A stretch of DNA of 64,000 nt, taken from an uncultured Verrucomicrobiae bacterium (GTDB lineage: Bacteria > Verrucomicrobiota > Verrucomicrobiia > Chthoniobacterales > JAFAMB01). Where the stretch lies: NCBI GenBank assembly GCA_963837955.1, contig CAWIPH010000002.1, forward strand, positions 3,328,001-3,392,000. Reading direction: 5' to 3'. Positions 1-10,422 of this stretch are shown in pieces. The first letter of the stretch is position 1. Each line of letters starts with the position of its first letter. The position numbers were made by a program, and so were the translations under genes. Under the pieces are notes generated by a model. The model was not told the DNA's origin. It searched no databases and saw only the letters and a list, made by a program, of their open reading frames with translations.

Positions 1-486
1 TGGGCCGACGGCGCGATCGCTCTGCAAAAGAAAAAGTATCCCAAGATGAAGCTCGCCGTGGACAAGATCGAGACCAATGACGACCAGCAAGTTTCCTACG
101 CGAAGGCGAAAGAACTGCTCAGGTCCCACCCCAACATCAAAGGATTCCAAGGTAGCGCCTCAACCGATGCCCCAGGCTGCGGTTTGGCCGTGGAAGAGGC
201 CGGTCTCCAGGATAAAGTGGTAGTGGTTGGCACCGGTGTTCCCTCCTTGGTCAAAAAATATTTGCCGAGCGGTGCGGTGCGCATGATCTCGTTTTGGGAT
301 TCTTCGATCGCCGGTTACGCCATGGATAAGCTCGCGGTCATGGTTCTGAAAGGTCAGAAGGTCACTGACGGAATGGACCTCGGATTACCCGGATACGAGA
401 AAATCAGATTGGTCAACAATAAGGTTATCTACGGAAATGGCTGGATTGACTGCACCAAGGATAACATGGATAAATTTGACTTTTAG
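1..486 (+). CDS. Sugar/AI-2-type ABC transporter substrate-binding protein (5'-partial)
   Basis: Frame open from base 1 (WADGAIALQKKKYPKMKL...). Periplasmic-binding-protein type 1 C-half (HPNIKGFQG, VVGTGVPS, SFWD). Visibly similar to the 7912..8907 product. Confidence 0.85.
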   Translation, partial: WADGAIALQKKKYPKMKLAVDKIETNDDQQVSYAKAKELLRSHPNIKGFQGSASTDAPGCGLAVEEAGLQDKVVVVGTGVPSLVKKYLPSGAVRMISFWDSSIAGYAMDKLAVMVLKGQKVTDGMDLGLPGYEKIRLVNNKVIYGNGWIDCTKDNMDKFDF

Positions 487-753
487 GTAAGGAGGAATAG
501 GAGGGCCAGCGGGGCGGGATCGCAGCTTTCCCCACCTTGATTGACGCAGCCGCCACCGGTTTGATCACGCGAAGGCGACTGCGTTTTGTGATTGTCCCAG
601 TCAGTCGCTCTGCGCGATCGCAGCGTAGTTATCTTACGCTGCACCCGGCCGGATTGTCGCTGCCACTGACTCCCGTATTCTGTGTTCTGTTTCCTCGGCT
701 TCTTCATCACCCCCGGTGCCTTTGCGTGAGTTTTTTTCTGATTTGAAAACAAC

Positions 754-2241
754 ATGGCTTCGCTACTCGCTCAGAATATTTCGAAGACTTACGTTCGCGT
801 CCCTGTTCTTAAGAACGTGACTCTGGCGGTTGAACCCGCATCGGTTCACTGTCTGGCAGGCGAAAATGGATCTGGCAAATCGACCCTGATCAAGATCATC
901 GCCGGAACCTTGAGACCGGACGATGGAGAGGTTTTTATCGACGGTCATGACGCCACGAAGGTGAATGCGCTCGGCCGGATCGATCTCGGCCTGAGTGTAA
1001 TCTATCAGGACTTTTCGCTGCTCCCCAACCTGTCCGTTTTCGAGAACATCACTTTTTTAGACAGTGTCTCGCGGCATCGCAAGTCGGTCGACTTCCGGCG
1101 GCTGCGACGGCAAGCGGAGCTAATTCTCGAAAAGATGCGTGTGCAAATCCCGTTGGACGCACTGATCGAAGAGCTACCGGTTTCAAACCAACAGCTCGTC
1201 GCCATTGCTCGCGCTTTGAGCAACCGCTCGAAGATTATCATTATGGACGAACCGACCTCTGCGCTAACCAAGCGCGAAGTCCGCACGCTTTTCCAAATTG
1301 TCCAAGCTATCCGGCAGGATCGAGTCAGCTTTATTTTCGTGACCCACAAGTTAGAAGAGATCCACGAAATCTGCGATCATGTGACGGTCATCCGAAACGG
1401 CGAAGTGGTTACTTTCGGGGCGATCAGCGATTTCACTACAGCCCAACTTAGCGAAGCGATCACCGGGCGCCGGATCCAGATCGAAAGGCTGCAGCCGCCC
1501 GCTCCCCCGTCCGATATCCCGCCGCTTTTAGAAGTGCAATCTTTGACCGCCGAGCCGCACTACCGGGATATCAGCTTTCAGATTAGGCATGGTGAGATCG
1601 TCGGCCTTACCGGCTTACTTGGCTCGGGTCGCTCCGAACTGGCGCTGAGTCTGGCGGGTCAGATGGCGGCAGACAAAGGTACGATCCGGCTCGACGAGGC
1701 AGAGATTCATCCTCGAACCGTCCGCCAAGCGCAGAAGTTAGGAATCGGCTACGTTCCGGAGGATCGGCTGAGCGAAGGTCTGTTTCTCGAGCAGGAGATC
1801 TTCGACAATATGCTCATCGCGAACATGGGCCGGCGAACTTCCTTTGGGCTCCTCGATCGCGAACGGATTCGTCGCGACGGCGAGGAGTTTATTCGGCAGC
1901 TCGATATCAAGGCGCAAAGTGGCCGCGACCCGGTGCAAACCCTTTCCGGCGGTAACCAGCAACGAGTCCTCATTGCCCGTTATCTCGATCTGAACCCGAA
2001 GCTCTTGATTCTGAACGGACCCACTATCGGGGTCGACGTCGGATCGAAACATGAAATTCACCTCCTGATTGCCGCCTTGGCCAAGGCCGGAACCGGCATC
2101 CTAGTCGTTTCAGACGATCTTCCTGAACTGCTCAGCGTTTGCCATCGCATTCTGGTGATAGCAGACGGCAAATTGACGAACGAACATTCCGCTCTGAATC
2201 TGGATCTTCAGATTCTGGCGCGCGAGGTAACGATGGAGTAA
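754..2241 (+). CDS. Sugar ABC transporter ATP-binding protein (two ABC domains)
   Basis: Walker A GENGSGKST, IIMDEPT, LSGGNQQ, GYVPEDR; 495 aa. Confidence 0.95.
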   Translation: MASLLAQNISKTYVRVPVLKNVTLAVEPASVHCLAGENGSGKSTLIKIIAGTLRPDDGEVFIDGHDATKVNALGRIDLGLSVIYQDFSLLPNLSVFENITFLDSVSRHRKSVDFRRLRRQAELILEKMRVQIPLDALIEELPVSNQQLVAIARALSNRSKIIIMDEPTSALTKREVRTLFQIVQAIRQDRVSFIFVTHKLEEIHEICDHVTVIRNGEVVTFGAISDFTTAQLSEAITGRRIQIERLQPPAPPSDIPPLLEVQSLTAEPHYRDISFQIRHGEIVGLTGLLGSGRSELALSLAGQMAADKGTIRLDEAEIHPRTVRQAQKLGIGYVPEDRLSEGLFLEQEIFDNMLIANMGRRTSFGLLDRERIRRDGEEFIRQLDIKAQSGRDPVQTLSGGNQQRVLIARYLDLNPKLLILNGPTIGVDVGSKHEIHLLIAALAKAGTGILVVSDDLPELLSVCHRILVIADGKLTNEHSALNLDLQILAREVTME

Positions 2242-2244
2242 CGG

Positions 2245-3258
2245 ATGCGCTGGTTGTCGAAATACTTCCGCTCGTCCGAAGGAGTGATCCTCCTGACGAT
2301 GGTCGTTCTGTGTACCGTCGTCACCTGCATCAACCCGGTTTTTCTAAGCGCTCCAAATCTGCTCGACCTGGTTCGAGACAGCATTACGACGGGCCTCTTT
2401 GCTTTAGGGGTTTACCTGGCTCTGCTTTCCGGCGGACTCGACGTTTCTTTCACCGCAGTGGGTGCACTATCGATGTACGCCACGGTCAAACTTTTTGTAC
2501 AGATCGACCCGCATGCTTCACTGTTTTCGGTCTTTCTAGTTGCCGCTGTGATTGGAGGGATCCTCGGCGCCTTCAACGCCACACTCATTGCCCTCTTCCG
2601 TTTACCCACCCTCATTGTGACTCTGGGAACATTGAATTTGTTCCGGGGCATCCTCCTGACATTTGTCGGGACTAAACATATTACTGACATCCCGGATTGC
2701 ATGCTTCAGCTATCTCGAACCTTCCTCTACCGTGGTAAATTAGCTGATGGCAGTCTTTTCAGTCTGCCAGCAACGACCTTAGCGTTGGTGATTGTCGCAA
2801 TTGCCGTTGCCGTTCTCGTGCGTTACACAATGCTCGGCCGCTCCATCTACGCGATCGGTGGAAGCGAAGTCGCCAGCAATCGGCTGGGCATCCCGGTCGC
2901 GCGTATTCGATTCTTTGTTTATGTGGTGATCGGAATTATTGCCGGCATCGCCGGAATCGTTCATGGCTCGCAGATCCGCGTTGCCAACCCGTTTGATCTG
3001 GTTGGCACCGAACTCAACGTGTTAGCAGCCGTGGTACTCGGAGGTACTCGCATTACTGGAGGACGGGGAAGCGTTTTTGGAACGCTGATGGGTGTCTTCC
3101 TGGTGACTATTATTAATAACTCGCTGATTCTACTCGGCGTTTCTTCCTATTACGACCGCTGCGTCATCGGCATCTTAGTGGTTCTCGGAGCCGGCGGTCC
3201 GCTACTGCTGCAACGTCTTCAATCCGGCAAGAAAGCGTGGTTGCCGGGTAAATCGTAA
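2245..3258 (+). CDS. Sugar ABC transporter permease
   Basis: GGLDVS, GRSIYAIGG, ELNVLAAVVLGG motifs; many hydrophobic segments. Confidence 0.95.
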   Translation: MRWLSKYFRSSEGVILLTMVVLCTVVTCINPVFLSAPNLLDLVRDSITTGLFALGVYLALLSGGLDVSFTAVGALSMYATVKLFVQIDPHASLFSVFLVAAVIGGILGAFNATLIALFRLPTLIVTLGTLNLFRGILLTFVGTKHITDIPDCMLQLSRTFLYRGKLADGSLFSLPATTLALVIVAIAVAVLVRYTMLGRSIYAIGGSEVASNRLGIPVARIRFFVYVVIGIIAGIAGIVHGSQIRVANPFDLVGTELNVLAAVVLGGTRITGGRGSVFGTLMGVFLVTIINNSLILLGVSSYYDRCVIGILVVLGAGGPLLLQRLQSGKKAWLPGKS

Positions 3259-3312
3259 TTCCCGAACGGACCTTGAAAGTAAGCAGCGCTTGGCCCGTCA
3301 AACCGAAGTGTG

Positions 3313-4368
3313 TTAGCTGGCAAAAACACTGGCAGTAGATTCTCGAACCAGAAGAGTACAGGGCAACTCCCGGCACAAGGGTTCGGCTCGTTTCCCTGCA
3401 AGGCGATCGGTCAGAGCAGACCAGGCATCGCGAGCGATCTCGTCGATTGGCTGGTGCAATGCAGAAAGAAAGGGTCGGAGCGCCGTCATCCATTCGCAGT
3501 CGTCGAAAGCAAGCAGCGAGATCGTTTCGGGTACAGAGAGGCCGGCTTCCCAGATGGCCCGAAGCGCACCGAGGGCCAAGGAACCGGTCGCCGCAAAAAC
3601 AGCGGTGGGCCGATCGTGTTCTGCTAGTATTGGCCGAAGAGCTTTCCATGCCTGTTCGGAACTCATCCCGGAAACGACCACCTTTGCAAACCGGGAGAGG
3701 CCCGCTTCAGCGAGCGCATTTCGATAACCCTGGATTCTTTCTGCGACGTTGCGAAGGAGCGGTTCACTCGCCAGCATGGTGATCCTGCGATGGCCGAGCG
3801 AAATGAGATGACGGCATCCTTCGCAGGCCGCTGTGATGTTGGTGGCACAGACACTATCGAATTCGGTTCCTTTTTCGACTCTATCGACGATTACGGTTGG
3901 GATTTTGCTTTTACGGATATCGTTGAGCGTCTCCGACTGATCGCGGCAGGGCGTCACAATTAACCCATCTACTTGTCTGCGAATGAGCGCGAGAACCCGC
4001 TCCCGTTCTCTATCGGGATCCTCTTGCGTGTCCGCCAGAAGGATCTGGTAGTCGCTGCGCGCAGCGAGTTCCTCAATCCGGCGCACCACGGCAGCAAAAA
4101 AGCTGTTTGTGATATCCGGCACAACGATACCGATCACACCCGACCGTCGTGCGCGCAGACTCGCTGCCACCCAATTGGGGCTGTATCCAAGCAACTCAAT
4201 CGCATCGCGAACCTTTTTTTGACGGTCTGGGCCCACAAACCGTGTACCACGTAGAACGTTTGATACTGTGGCTGTTGATACGCCTGCCGCTTCGGCAACG
4301 TCGCGAATCGTTGGTCGCGGGCTTCTGACCGCTTGCTGCCTTTGTGGCATCGAATTTTTCCGCATCAC
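3313..4368 (-). CDS. LacI family transcriptional regulator
   Basis: TIRDVAEAAGVSTATVSNVL HTH, YSPNWVAASL hinge, C-terminal LLVREST. Confidence 0.95.
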   Translation of the reverse strand: MMRKNSMPQRQQAVRSPRPTIRDVAEAAGVSTATVSNVLRGTRFVGPDRQKKVRDAIELLGYSPNWVAASLRARRSGVIGIVVPDITNSFFAAVVRRIEELAARSDYQILLADTQEDPDRERERVLALIRRQVDGLIVTPCRDQSETLNDIRKSKIPTVIVDRVEKGTEFDSVCATNITAACEGCRHLISLGHRRITMLASEPLLRNVAERIQGYRNALAEAGLSRFAKVVVSGMSSEQAWKALRPILAEHDRPTAVFAATGSLALGALRAIWEAGLSVPETISLLAFDDCEWMTALRPFLSALHQPIDEIARDAWSALTDRLAGKRAEPLCRELPCTLLVRESTASVFAS

Positions 4369-5423
4369 TTCGCCTTAGCGGGCCAAAGCCGCGTGATCCA
4401 TCGATCTCGAACCACCGCGATGACAATGGCCAGAATCATGGTGGCACCCCAGATCGCCGCCGTGAGGTACGGGCTAAATCCGAGTAAGTTAAAGCCGGTC
4501 GAGATTACCTGAAGGAGGACCAGCGAGAGAAAAAGGCCGAGAACGCGGCCAAAGCCACCGAATGGATCGACACCGCCCAGGACCGCCGCGAGTATCGTAA
4601 CTAGAAGATACGACTCGGCGTAGCCGGCGCTAGCCGAATTGAATCGAGCCATCATCACCAGCGCGGCTACCCAGCACAGCAGACTTGAGAGGACGTACAC
4701 ACCAACAAGCACCCATTCCGTCGGGACACCGGAGTAGCGAGTGGCCCTTTCATTCGAACCGATCAGGCGCACCGAAACCCCAAACGGAGCGTGGGTCGAA
4801 ATCACAGCAACGACTGCCGCGCAAAGTATTAAAAGAATCATCGACACAGGGATTCCGAATAGGGTTCCGTTCCCCAGGAACAGGATTGCCGATGGAAAAC
4901 CACCGATAACGGTGCCGCTCGTCGCCAGGACGGCGGTGCCTTTGACGAGGGTCATCGTCCCAAGCGTAACGAGGATCGGGTGAACGCCAAAGAAGGCAAC
5001 GATAGCCCCGGTCAAAAACCCGATTACCAGCGAGGTTAACATCCCGGCAAGCAGGGCCAGCACGATGACGGCGGCGATGACTAAGGGCGGAGTCGACGGC
5101 TGAATCAGGTGCGTCAGAATTGCTGCCATCACCAGCGCGGAGAGGTTCGCGGTCGAGATGATCGCGAGATTAAGTCCCCCGCTCATCAGCGGTACCATCA
5201 TCGCGAGCGACAGAATGCCAAGCTCTGGCATCTGCAACGCTATCGCGCGCAGCGTATCGCCCGAAAGAAACCGGCTTGGCGAGAGCGCACCGAAGATGAT
5301 TACGGCACCTATGATGAGAGCACCAAGCATCGTGATCGTCGGGTCAGTCCGCAGCAGGCCGGCAAAACGAGGCCTTGAGGCCGACGGCGACCTGGATGCG
5401 ATATCAGATGGCATGGCGAACAC
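4365..5423 (-). CDS. Sugar ABC transporter permease
   Basis: PELGILSLAM, GGLNLAII, LVTILAAVLGG; start probably at about 5414. Confidence 0.93.
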   Translation of the reverse strand: MFAMPSDIASRSPSASRPRFAGLLRTDPTITMLGALIIGAVIIFGALSPSRFLSGDTLRAIALQMPELGILSLAMMVPLMSGGLNLAIISTANLSALVMAAILTHLIQPSTPPLVIAAVIVLALLAGMLTSLVIGFLTGAIVAFFGVHPILVTLGTMTLVKGTAVLATSGTVIGGFPSAILFLGNGTLFGIPVSMILLILCAAVVAVISTHAPFGVSVRLIGSNERATRYSGVPTEWVLVGVYVLSSLLCWVAALVMMARFNSASAGYAESYLLVTILAAVLGGVDPFGGFGRVLGLFLSLVLLQVISTGFNLLGFSPYLTAAIWGATMILAIVIAVVRDRWITRLWPAKAK

Positions 5424-6372
5424 TCCTCTTTCGCTGGCGTCTGGCGGCGTATGCAGTAGCGGTTACGCTCACCAAAATTACGATGCCGGTGACGAGTCCG
5501 AACGAGTAAGACGATACGCCGAGCAGGGTCAGGCCATTCTGGAGAACGGCTAACAGCAGGATTCCCAAGACCGTGCCGCTAACGGTCCCAATGCCACCAG
5601 AAAGGCTTGCTCCGCCAAGGACGACGGCAGCAAGCACATCGAGCTCTCGCCCAATCAGGGCGTACGGCACAACCTCCTCCACACGGTGCGCCTGCACAAT
5701 ACCGGCAATGGCGGCCATGAAGCCCGAATAACCGTAAGCGAAACACTGCAGTCCCACGATGTTGCAGCCCATGCGCTTCGCTGCCTCGGGATTCCCTCCA
5801 AGGCCATAAATTTGGCGACCTATCGGCAGCCGGCTTAGGAGGAAGAGCGTCACTAGCAGGGCGATGGCAGCAACCATGACTGGGAAGGGAATCGACAGAA
5901 ATGAAATATTGCCCGTGAACCAGTTTGGCAGATCATAGATTGACCTGCCCTGAGTCACAAACATCAGTATGGAAAAGTAAAAGGTCATCGTCGAAATCGT
6001 CACGATCACCGAAATCGCGCCGAGGTAATAGATAAGCAAAGCGTTGACCACACCGAGTAACGCACCGAACAAGCCGGCGAATGCGAAGGCAGTAAACCAA
6101 TTGCCTCCGAACCTCACCAGGATGGTCGCAACCAGGAATTGGCTGACGGCGGCTATCGCCTCAAATGAAATGTCAATTCCGCCGGAGATCAGCACAACCA
6201 AAAGGCCGGCCGCCATTATCGCCATGACCGAATAGGTCTCCAGCAAATCAGCCACGTTTCCGAGCGTCAGAAACCCTGGGGATAGCGTTGAGAAGAAGGT
6301 CGCCATGATCGCAATGATGATCCCAATCTGGATGTCGTGGCGACGGAAGGCAGCGCTGATGTACTTAGGCAC
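5404..6372 (-). CDS. Sugar ABC transporter permease
   Basis: ISGGIDIS, GRQIYGLGGN, ELDVLAAVVLGGASL. Confidence 0.95.
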   Translation of the reverse strand: MPKYISAAFRRHDIQIGIIIAIMATFFSTLSPGFLTLGNVADLLETYSVMAIMAAGLLVVLISGGIDISFEAIAAVSQFLVATILVRFGGNWFTAFAFAGLFGALLGVVNALLIYYLGAISVIVTISTMTFYFSILMFVTQGRSIYDLPNWFTGNISFLSIPFPVMVAAIALLVTLFLLSRLPIGRQIYGLGGNPEAAKRMGCNIVGLQCFAYGYSGFMAAIAGIVQAHRVEEVVPYALIGRELDVLAAVVLGGASLSGGIGTVSGTVLGILLLAVLQNGLTLLGVSSYSFGLVTGIVILVSVTATAYAARRQRKRSVRHAI

Positions 6373-7894
6373 TAATCGCCTCCCGGAGTTCCTGTTCGGT
6401 CACCTTCGCCGGATCAAACGTCGCGGTAATCCGCCCCGACAACATCACGAGGATGCGGTGGGCCTGATGTAGGACTTCTTCCACCTCGTCCGTGATAAGA
6501 ATAATGGCGATGCCGCGGGCAGCTAAAGCGTCAACGATCTGATAAATTCCTACCTTGGCTCCGACGTCGACACCAACCGTCGGCGAGTCGAGGATTAGAA
6601 TGCGCGGGTCGGTCGCGAGCCATTTGGCGAGGACGACCCGCTGTTGGTTGCCACCCGACAACTCCTGCACAGGCCGATCGGGCGCTTTGGTTTTCACGTG
6701 CAGTTCATCGATCCAACGATTGACTGTCTTCCGCCGTCGCCCACCGTCGATAAGCCCTAAGACACCCGTCAGCTTGCGCAATACGGTGACGACGATGTTG
6801 TCGGCAATCGACTGTGGCATCACGAGCCCGAGCGAGAGCCGGTCCTCCGAAACGTATCCAATCCCCTGACGGATGGCCGCTCGATTCGTGCGCAGCCGGA
6901 CCGGCTTGCCACCGATCCGGATCTCGCCGGCATCAGGAGGATTCATGCCGAACAGTGAAAGCGCAAGTTCCGTTCGACCGGAGCCCAACCGGCCGGTGAT
7001 CCCAAGAATTTCGCCGGGACGTAGAACAAGGTCGACTTCTTCATAATGGCCGCGCCGGGTTAGACCGCGGATCTCGAGAATCGGGGCGACCTCGCTCGAA
7101 AATGTTGGTCTCAGAGAGGACTCGAACTTTTGACCCGTCATCAGTTCAGTGAGTCGGTAACGATTGATCTCGCTCGCGGGATAAGTTCCGACTTTGTTAC
7201 CGTCTCGCAGCACTGTTACGCGCTCTGCGATCCGCATCACCTCTTCCAGCTTGTGGCTGACGAAGACGGTAGCGATCCCATGGGTCTTCAACCCGCGCAC
7301 CGTCTCCAAAAGCGCATCGATTTCGTGGTGGGTGAGCGATGCGGTCGGCTCGTCCATCACTACCAGACGAGCTTCCGCCGCCAGCGCGCGACAGATCGCG
7401 ACCAGTTGGCGGCCAGCAATCGGGAGTCGGCCAACCACCTCTTCCAGCGGCAGATCGACTCCGAGCCGCGACATCACCTCTCTGGCTTGCCTCACCATCT
7501 CACGCCAGCGTATCAGTCGCGCTGGCGTTTCGACGTGGTGCCTAAACACGATATTCTCGGCAACCGAAAGGTTCGGGAATAGCGAAAGATCCTGATAAAT
7601 GATCTGTACGCCCGCGCGTTGAGACGCAGCGGGCGACAGATGCGAATGCGCTTGCTGGTCGAGAATGATTTTCCCTTCGTCCGGTGCATAAACGCCGGCG
7701 AGAATCTTAATCAGCGTGCTCTTGCCGCATCCGTTCTCGCCGGCGAGGCAGTGGATCTCTGCGGGACGAATCGTGAAGTCGACGTTGGTCAGCGCACGAA
7801 CCCCACCGAAACGCTTACTGATACCCAGCATTTCGATGAACGCGGGCGCTGCTTCAGACTGGTCGTGCTCGGCAAGCTCGCGTGGCACAATCAT
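6365..7894 (-). CDS. Sugar ABC transporter ATP-binding protein
   Basis: GENGCGKST, VVMDEPT, LSGGNQQ. Confidence 0.95.
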   Translation of the reverse strand: MIVPRELAEHDQSEAAPAFIEMLGISKRFGGVRALTNVDFTIRPAEIHCLAGENGCGKSTLIKILAGVYAPDEGKIILDQQAHSHLSPAASQRAGVQIIYQDLSLFPNLSVAENIVFRHHVETPARLIRWREMVRQAREVMSRLGVDLPLEEVVGRLPIAGRQLVAICRALAAEARLVVMDEPTASLTHHEIDALLETVRGLKTHGIATVFVSHKLEEVMRIAERVTVLRDGNKVGTYPASEINRYRLTELMTGQKFESSLRPTFSSEVAPILEIRGLTRRGHYEEVDLVLRPGEILGITGRLGSGRTELALSLFGMNPPDAGEIRIGGKPVRLRTNRAAIRQGIGYVSEDRLSLGLVMPQSIADNIVVTVLRKLTGVLGLIDGGRRRKTVNRWIDELHVKTKAPDRPVQELSGGNQQRVVLAKWLATDPRILILDSPTVGVDVGAKVGIYQIVDALAARGIAIILITDEVEEVLHQAHRILVMLSGRITATFDPAKVTEQELREAISA

Positions 7895-7911
7895 CGCGGG
7901 ATCAATCTTCC

Positions 7912-8907
7912 TCAGAGCCCCAGCGCAACAAGCTGATCTACTGTGTCTTTATTGACCGCCTGATACTTGATCACTTTGATGACATGGGTCTCCGGATTGA
8001 CCGTGGCCTTACCGAGCCCTTTGATCTCCGTACCGTCAGCGATGGGTGTTCCGTCAATCACCATCTTCGCTACATTCACGATCGCTTCACCAGCCTGCTC
8101 CGGGTTCCAGATGTAGCCGTCGAGGATCACACCCTCCTTGATGAGTTTTTGCCCTTGCGAAGGCACGCATGCCCCCACTAGCGCGATCTTGCCGACTTTT
8201 CCCTTCTCTTTGAGAGCCCGGCCCGCGCCGATCGGACCTAGACTGCCAAACGTCAGGATCCCCTTCAGATTTGGATGCGCGAGCATCATATCGACGGCGG
8301 TCTTGTAGCTGTCATCCACGCTCTCCGCGACGCCGAAACGGTCGGCGACGAGCTTCATCTTGGGATAATGCTCTTTTTGATAGGCGATCGCCGCATCAGC
8401 CCACAAGTTGTGGAGCGGCACGGTAAGCGAGCCCACGTAAACGATATACTCGCCTTCCTCTCCCATCGCCTTCGCGAGGGATTTTATGTGTAATTCTCCG
8501 AATTCTTTGTTGTCGATCATTTCTATATCCCACACCGCGCCTTTTTGACCTGGCGATTCGTGAGTAATGACCGGAATTCCGGCTTCTTTGGCGCGATCAA
8601 AAACTGGCTCAAGTGCCTTGGCGTCATTTGGCACCACAGCGATCAGCTTTACTTTCTTGGCGATCAAGTCCTCGACGGCGCGCACCTGTTGGGCAGGATC
8701 AGCGGTCGTCGGGCCGATCATATAAGCGTTGTAGTTGTTTTCCTTTCCGGCCTTCTGGATGCCTTTTTCCATGGCGTTGAACCAGGGTATACCGCCAATC
8801 TTGACCACGACCGCGACCTCCTCGCCAGCGGCAAGCACCTGATTAGCAAGTGCTGAACATAAAAAAACCACTGCAGCGAACGCTGCACGACTGAAGGGAA
8901 TGAGCAT
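7912..8907 (-). CDS. Sugar/AI-2-type ABC transporter substrate-binding protein
   Basis: Signal peptide MLIPFSRAAFAAVV...VLA, then VVKIGGIPWFNAM, QQVRAVEDLIA, VVPND. Confidence 0.92.
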   Translation of the reverse strand: MLIPFSRAAFAAVVFLCSALANQVLAAGEEVAVVVKIGGIPWFNAMEKGIQKAGKENNYNAYMIGPTTADPAQQVRAVEDLIAKKVKLIAVVPNDAKALEPVFDRAKEAGIPVITHESPGQKGAVWDIEMIDNKEFGELHIKSLAKAMGEEGEYIVYVGSLTVPLHNLWADAAIAYQKEHYPKMKLVADRFGVAESVDDSYKTAVDMMLAHPNLKGILTFGSLGPIGAGRALKEKGKVGKIALVGACVPSQGQKLIKEGVILDGYIWNPEQAGEAIVNVAKMVIDGTPIADGTEIKGLGKATVNPETHVIKVIKYQAVNKDTVDQLVALGL

Positions 8908-9179
8908 GTTATTTCTTGTTTCTGGGGGTTGAGCTCGCCACACGAAGTGATGAGCTAGTTGATTCATTAGGACTAAATACTTATGCACCGGTGCAGCCAA
9001 ATCTGTCCAGTGAAGTGAAAGATAAGTGTTAACGTTCGGGGGTCCATCGAATCTGTTCGATGAAAGGATTAATTAAACGATTAACCTTTCGCCACCTGTG
9101 TATGTCTTTCCTGCGACTCTTGTCAAGCTCGGGAGGGATGGCTCTGTTGTGCCGCCTGCGGTTCCGCACGGCTGAATTT

Positions 9180-9357
9180 TCGTCCTCGTGCTCGTCGTCG
9201 TCGTCCTCGATTCCCAGGGCGATCCAACGAGGAAACGCCGGGAGGGATTGCGTCCCCGCAATCCGCTGCCTAACCCACGATGCTGACATCTGCGTTCCAT
9301 CGTCTGGTTTCGTCCCTGGGTGAAACAACGACGGCGCGCGAGGACGCGTGCCCTCCC
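9180..9357. repeat. REP-like cluster: (CGT)n-type repeat plus GGGAGGG inverted-repeat doublet
   Basis: TCGTCCTCGTGCTCGTCGTCGTCGTCCTCG at 9180-9209. GGGAGGGATTGCGTCCCCGCAATCCG (9240-9265) is an imperfect inverted repeat of CGGCGCGCGAGGACGCGTGCCCTCCC (9332-9357). Same family at 39787-39909. Confidence 0.75.
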
Positions 9358-9419
9358 CGTCAGGGGTAATTCGACTATAAGGACGAATTCGAATGCGGCT
9401 GCGCCGCATTGCCCCAGCC

Positions 9420-10190
9420 TCACGCCATCCAATTGCCTCCATCGACTCCGTACGTTTGAGCAACGATATAGTTGGCATCTTCGGAAGCGAGAAAAGCAGC
9501 ACAGGCGGCCACCTCCTCCGGCCGCCCCATCCGGCCCATTGGTATCGCCAAACTAACCTGACGTTTCTTCTCTCCAATCGGCAGCTTCTCAACGCGAGCA
9601 AACTCGCTATCAACCACATCCCACATCGGAGTATCGATAATTCCGGGAGCGATCGCGTTTACGTTTATTCCATGTTTGATCAGTGCCAGCCCAGCCGATT
9701 GAGTGAAGCTGATAACAGCCGCCTTCGAAGCGCAATAGGCCGCTCCGAGCGGTTCGCCGCGGCGTCCAGCCTGACTCGCCAGGTTGATGATCTTGCCTCC
9801 GTGCCCTTGTTTGATCATCTGTTTGGCGACTGCTTGCATCGTGAAAAAACTTCCGTCGACATTCACCGCAAAAATAGTCGCCCATTGTTCGCGAGGAACA
9901 TCGGTGATTGGCGTGAGCGCGTAGATCGCGGCGCAGTTCACCAGAATGTCGATCGATCCCCCCTTTTCGACGACAGCTCTTACCAAATCATTGATTGATT
10001 CCTGACTGGTTACATCACAAGGAATACTGAACGCATCGCCACCGAGCTTCTTCGCCAATGCTTCGGCTCCTTTGCTGTCGCGATCGGCAATGGCCACTCG
10101 CGCTCCCTCGGCCATAAAACGTTCCACTATTGCTTTCCCGATTCCGCTCCCCCCTCCCGTCACAATGGCGACTTTGTTCGCTAGTCTCAT
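9420..10190 (-). CDS. Short-chain dehydrogenase (sorbitol/L-iditol dehydrogenase-like)
   Basis: TGGGSGIG, ASQAGRRG, YCASK, NVNAIAPG, VDGGNWM. Confidence 0.88.
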   Translation of the reverse strand: MRLANKVAIVTGGGSGIGKAIVERFMAEGARVAIADRDSKGAEALAKKLGGDAFSIPCDVTSQESINDLVRAVVEKGGSIDILVNCAAIYALTPITDVPREQWATIFAVNVDGSFFTMQAVAKQMIKQGHGGKIINLASQAGRRGEPLGAAYCASKAAVISFTQSAGLALIKHGINVNAIAPGIIDTPMWDVVDSEFARVEKLPIGEKKRQVSLAIPMGRMGRPEEVAACAAFLASEDANYIVAQTYGVDGGNWMA

Positions 10191-10243
10191 GGGGAATTAC
10201 GGTAGCAGAATGGGTTCTGTTCTCCTGTCGAAAGGTAGAAAAA

Positions 10244-10375
10244 CGCTCGGAGGGGCGCCGCTTGCGACGCCCGGGAATCGCCCAGGATTGGACAACCTCT
10301 GCTTCCCTCTTTGGCTCGATCCCTCGGTGAGCGCTGAATTATTCCCGGGCGCCGCTTGCGACGCCCCTCCGAGCG
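10244..10375. repeat. REP-like inverted-repeat doublet (CGGAGGGG family)
   Basis: CGCTCGGAGGGGCGCCGCTTGCGACGCCCGGGAAT (10244-10278) and ATTCCCGGGCGCCGCTTGCGACGCCCCTCCGAGCG (10341-10375). Confidence 0.8.
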
Positions 10376-10422
10376 ATACCTTTCAACAAGACCGGCCCCA
10401 GGCGCCCCCCTATCTACTAACC

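Noticed and set aside
9029..9619. 196-aa ORF with an EDDDDEHEDE tract
   Set aside because: It is a translation of intergenic REP-like repeats and overlaps the SDR gene.
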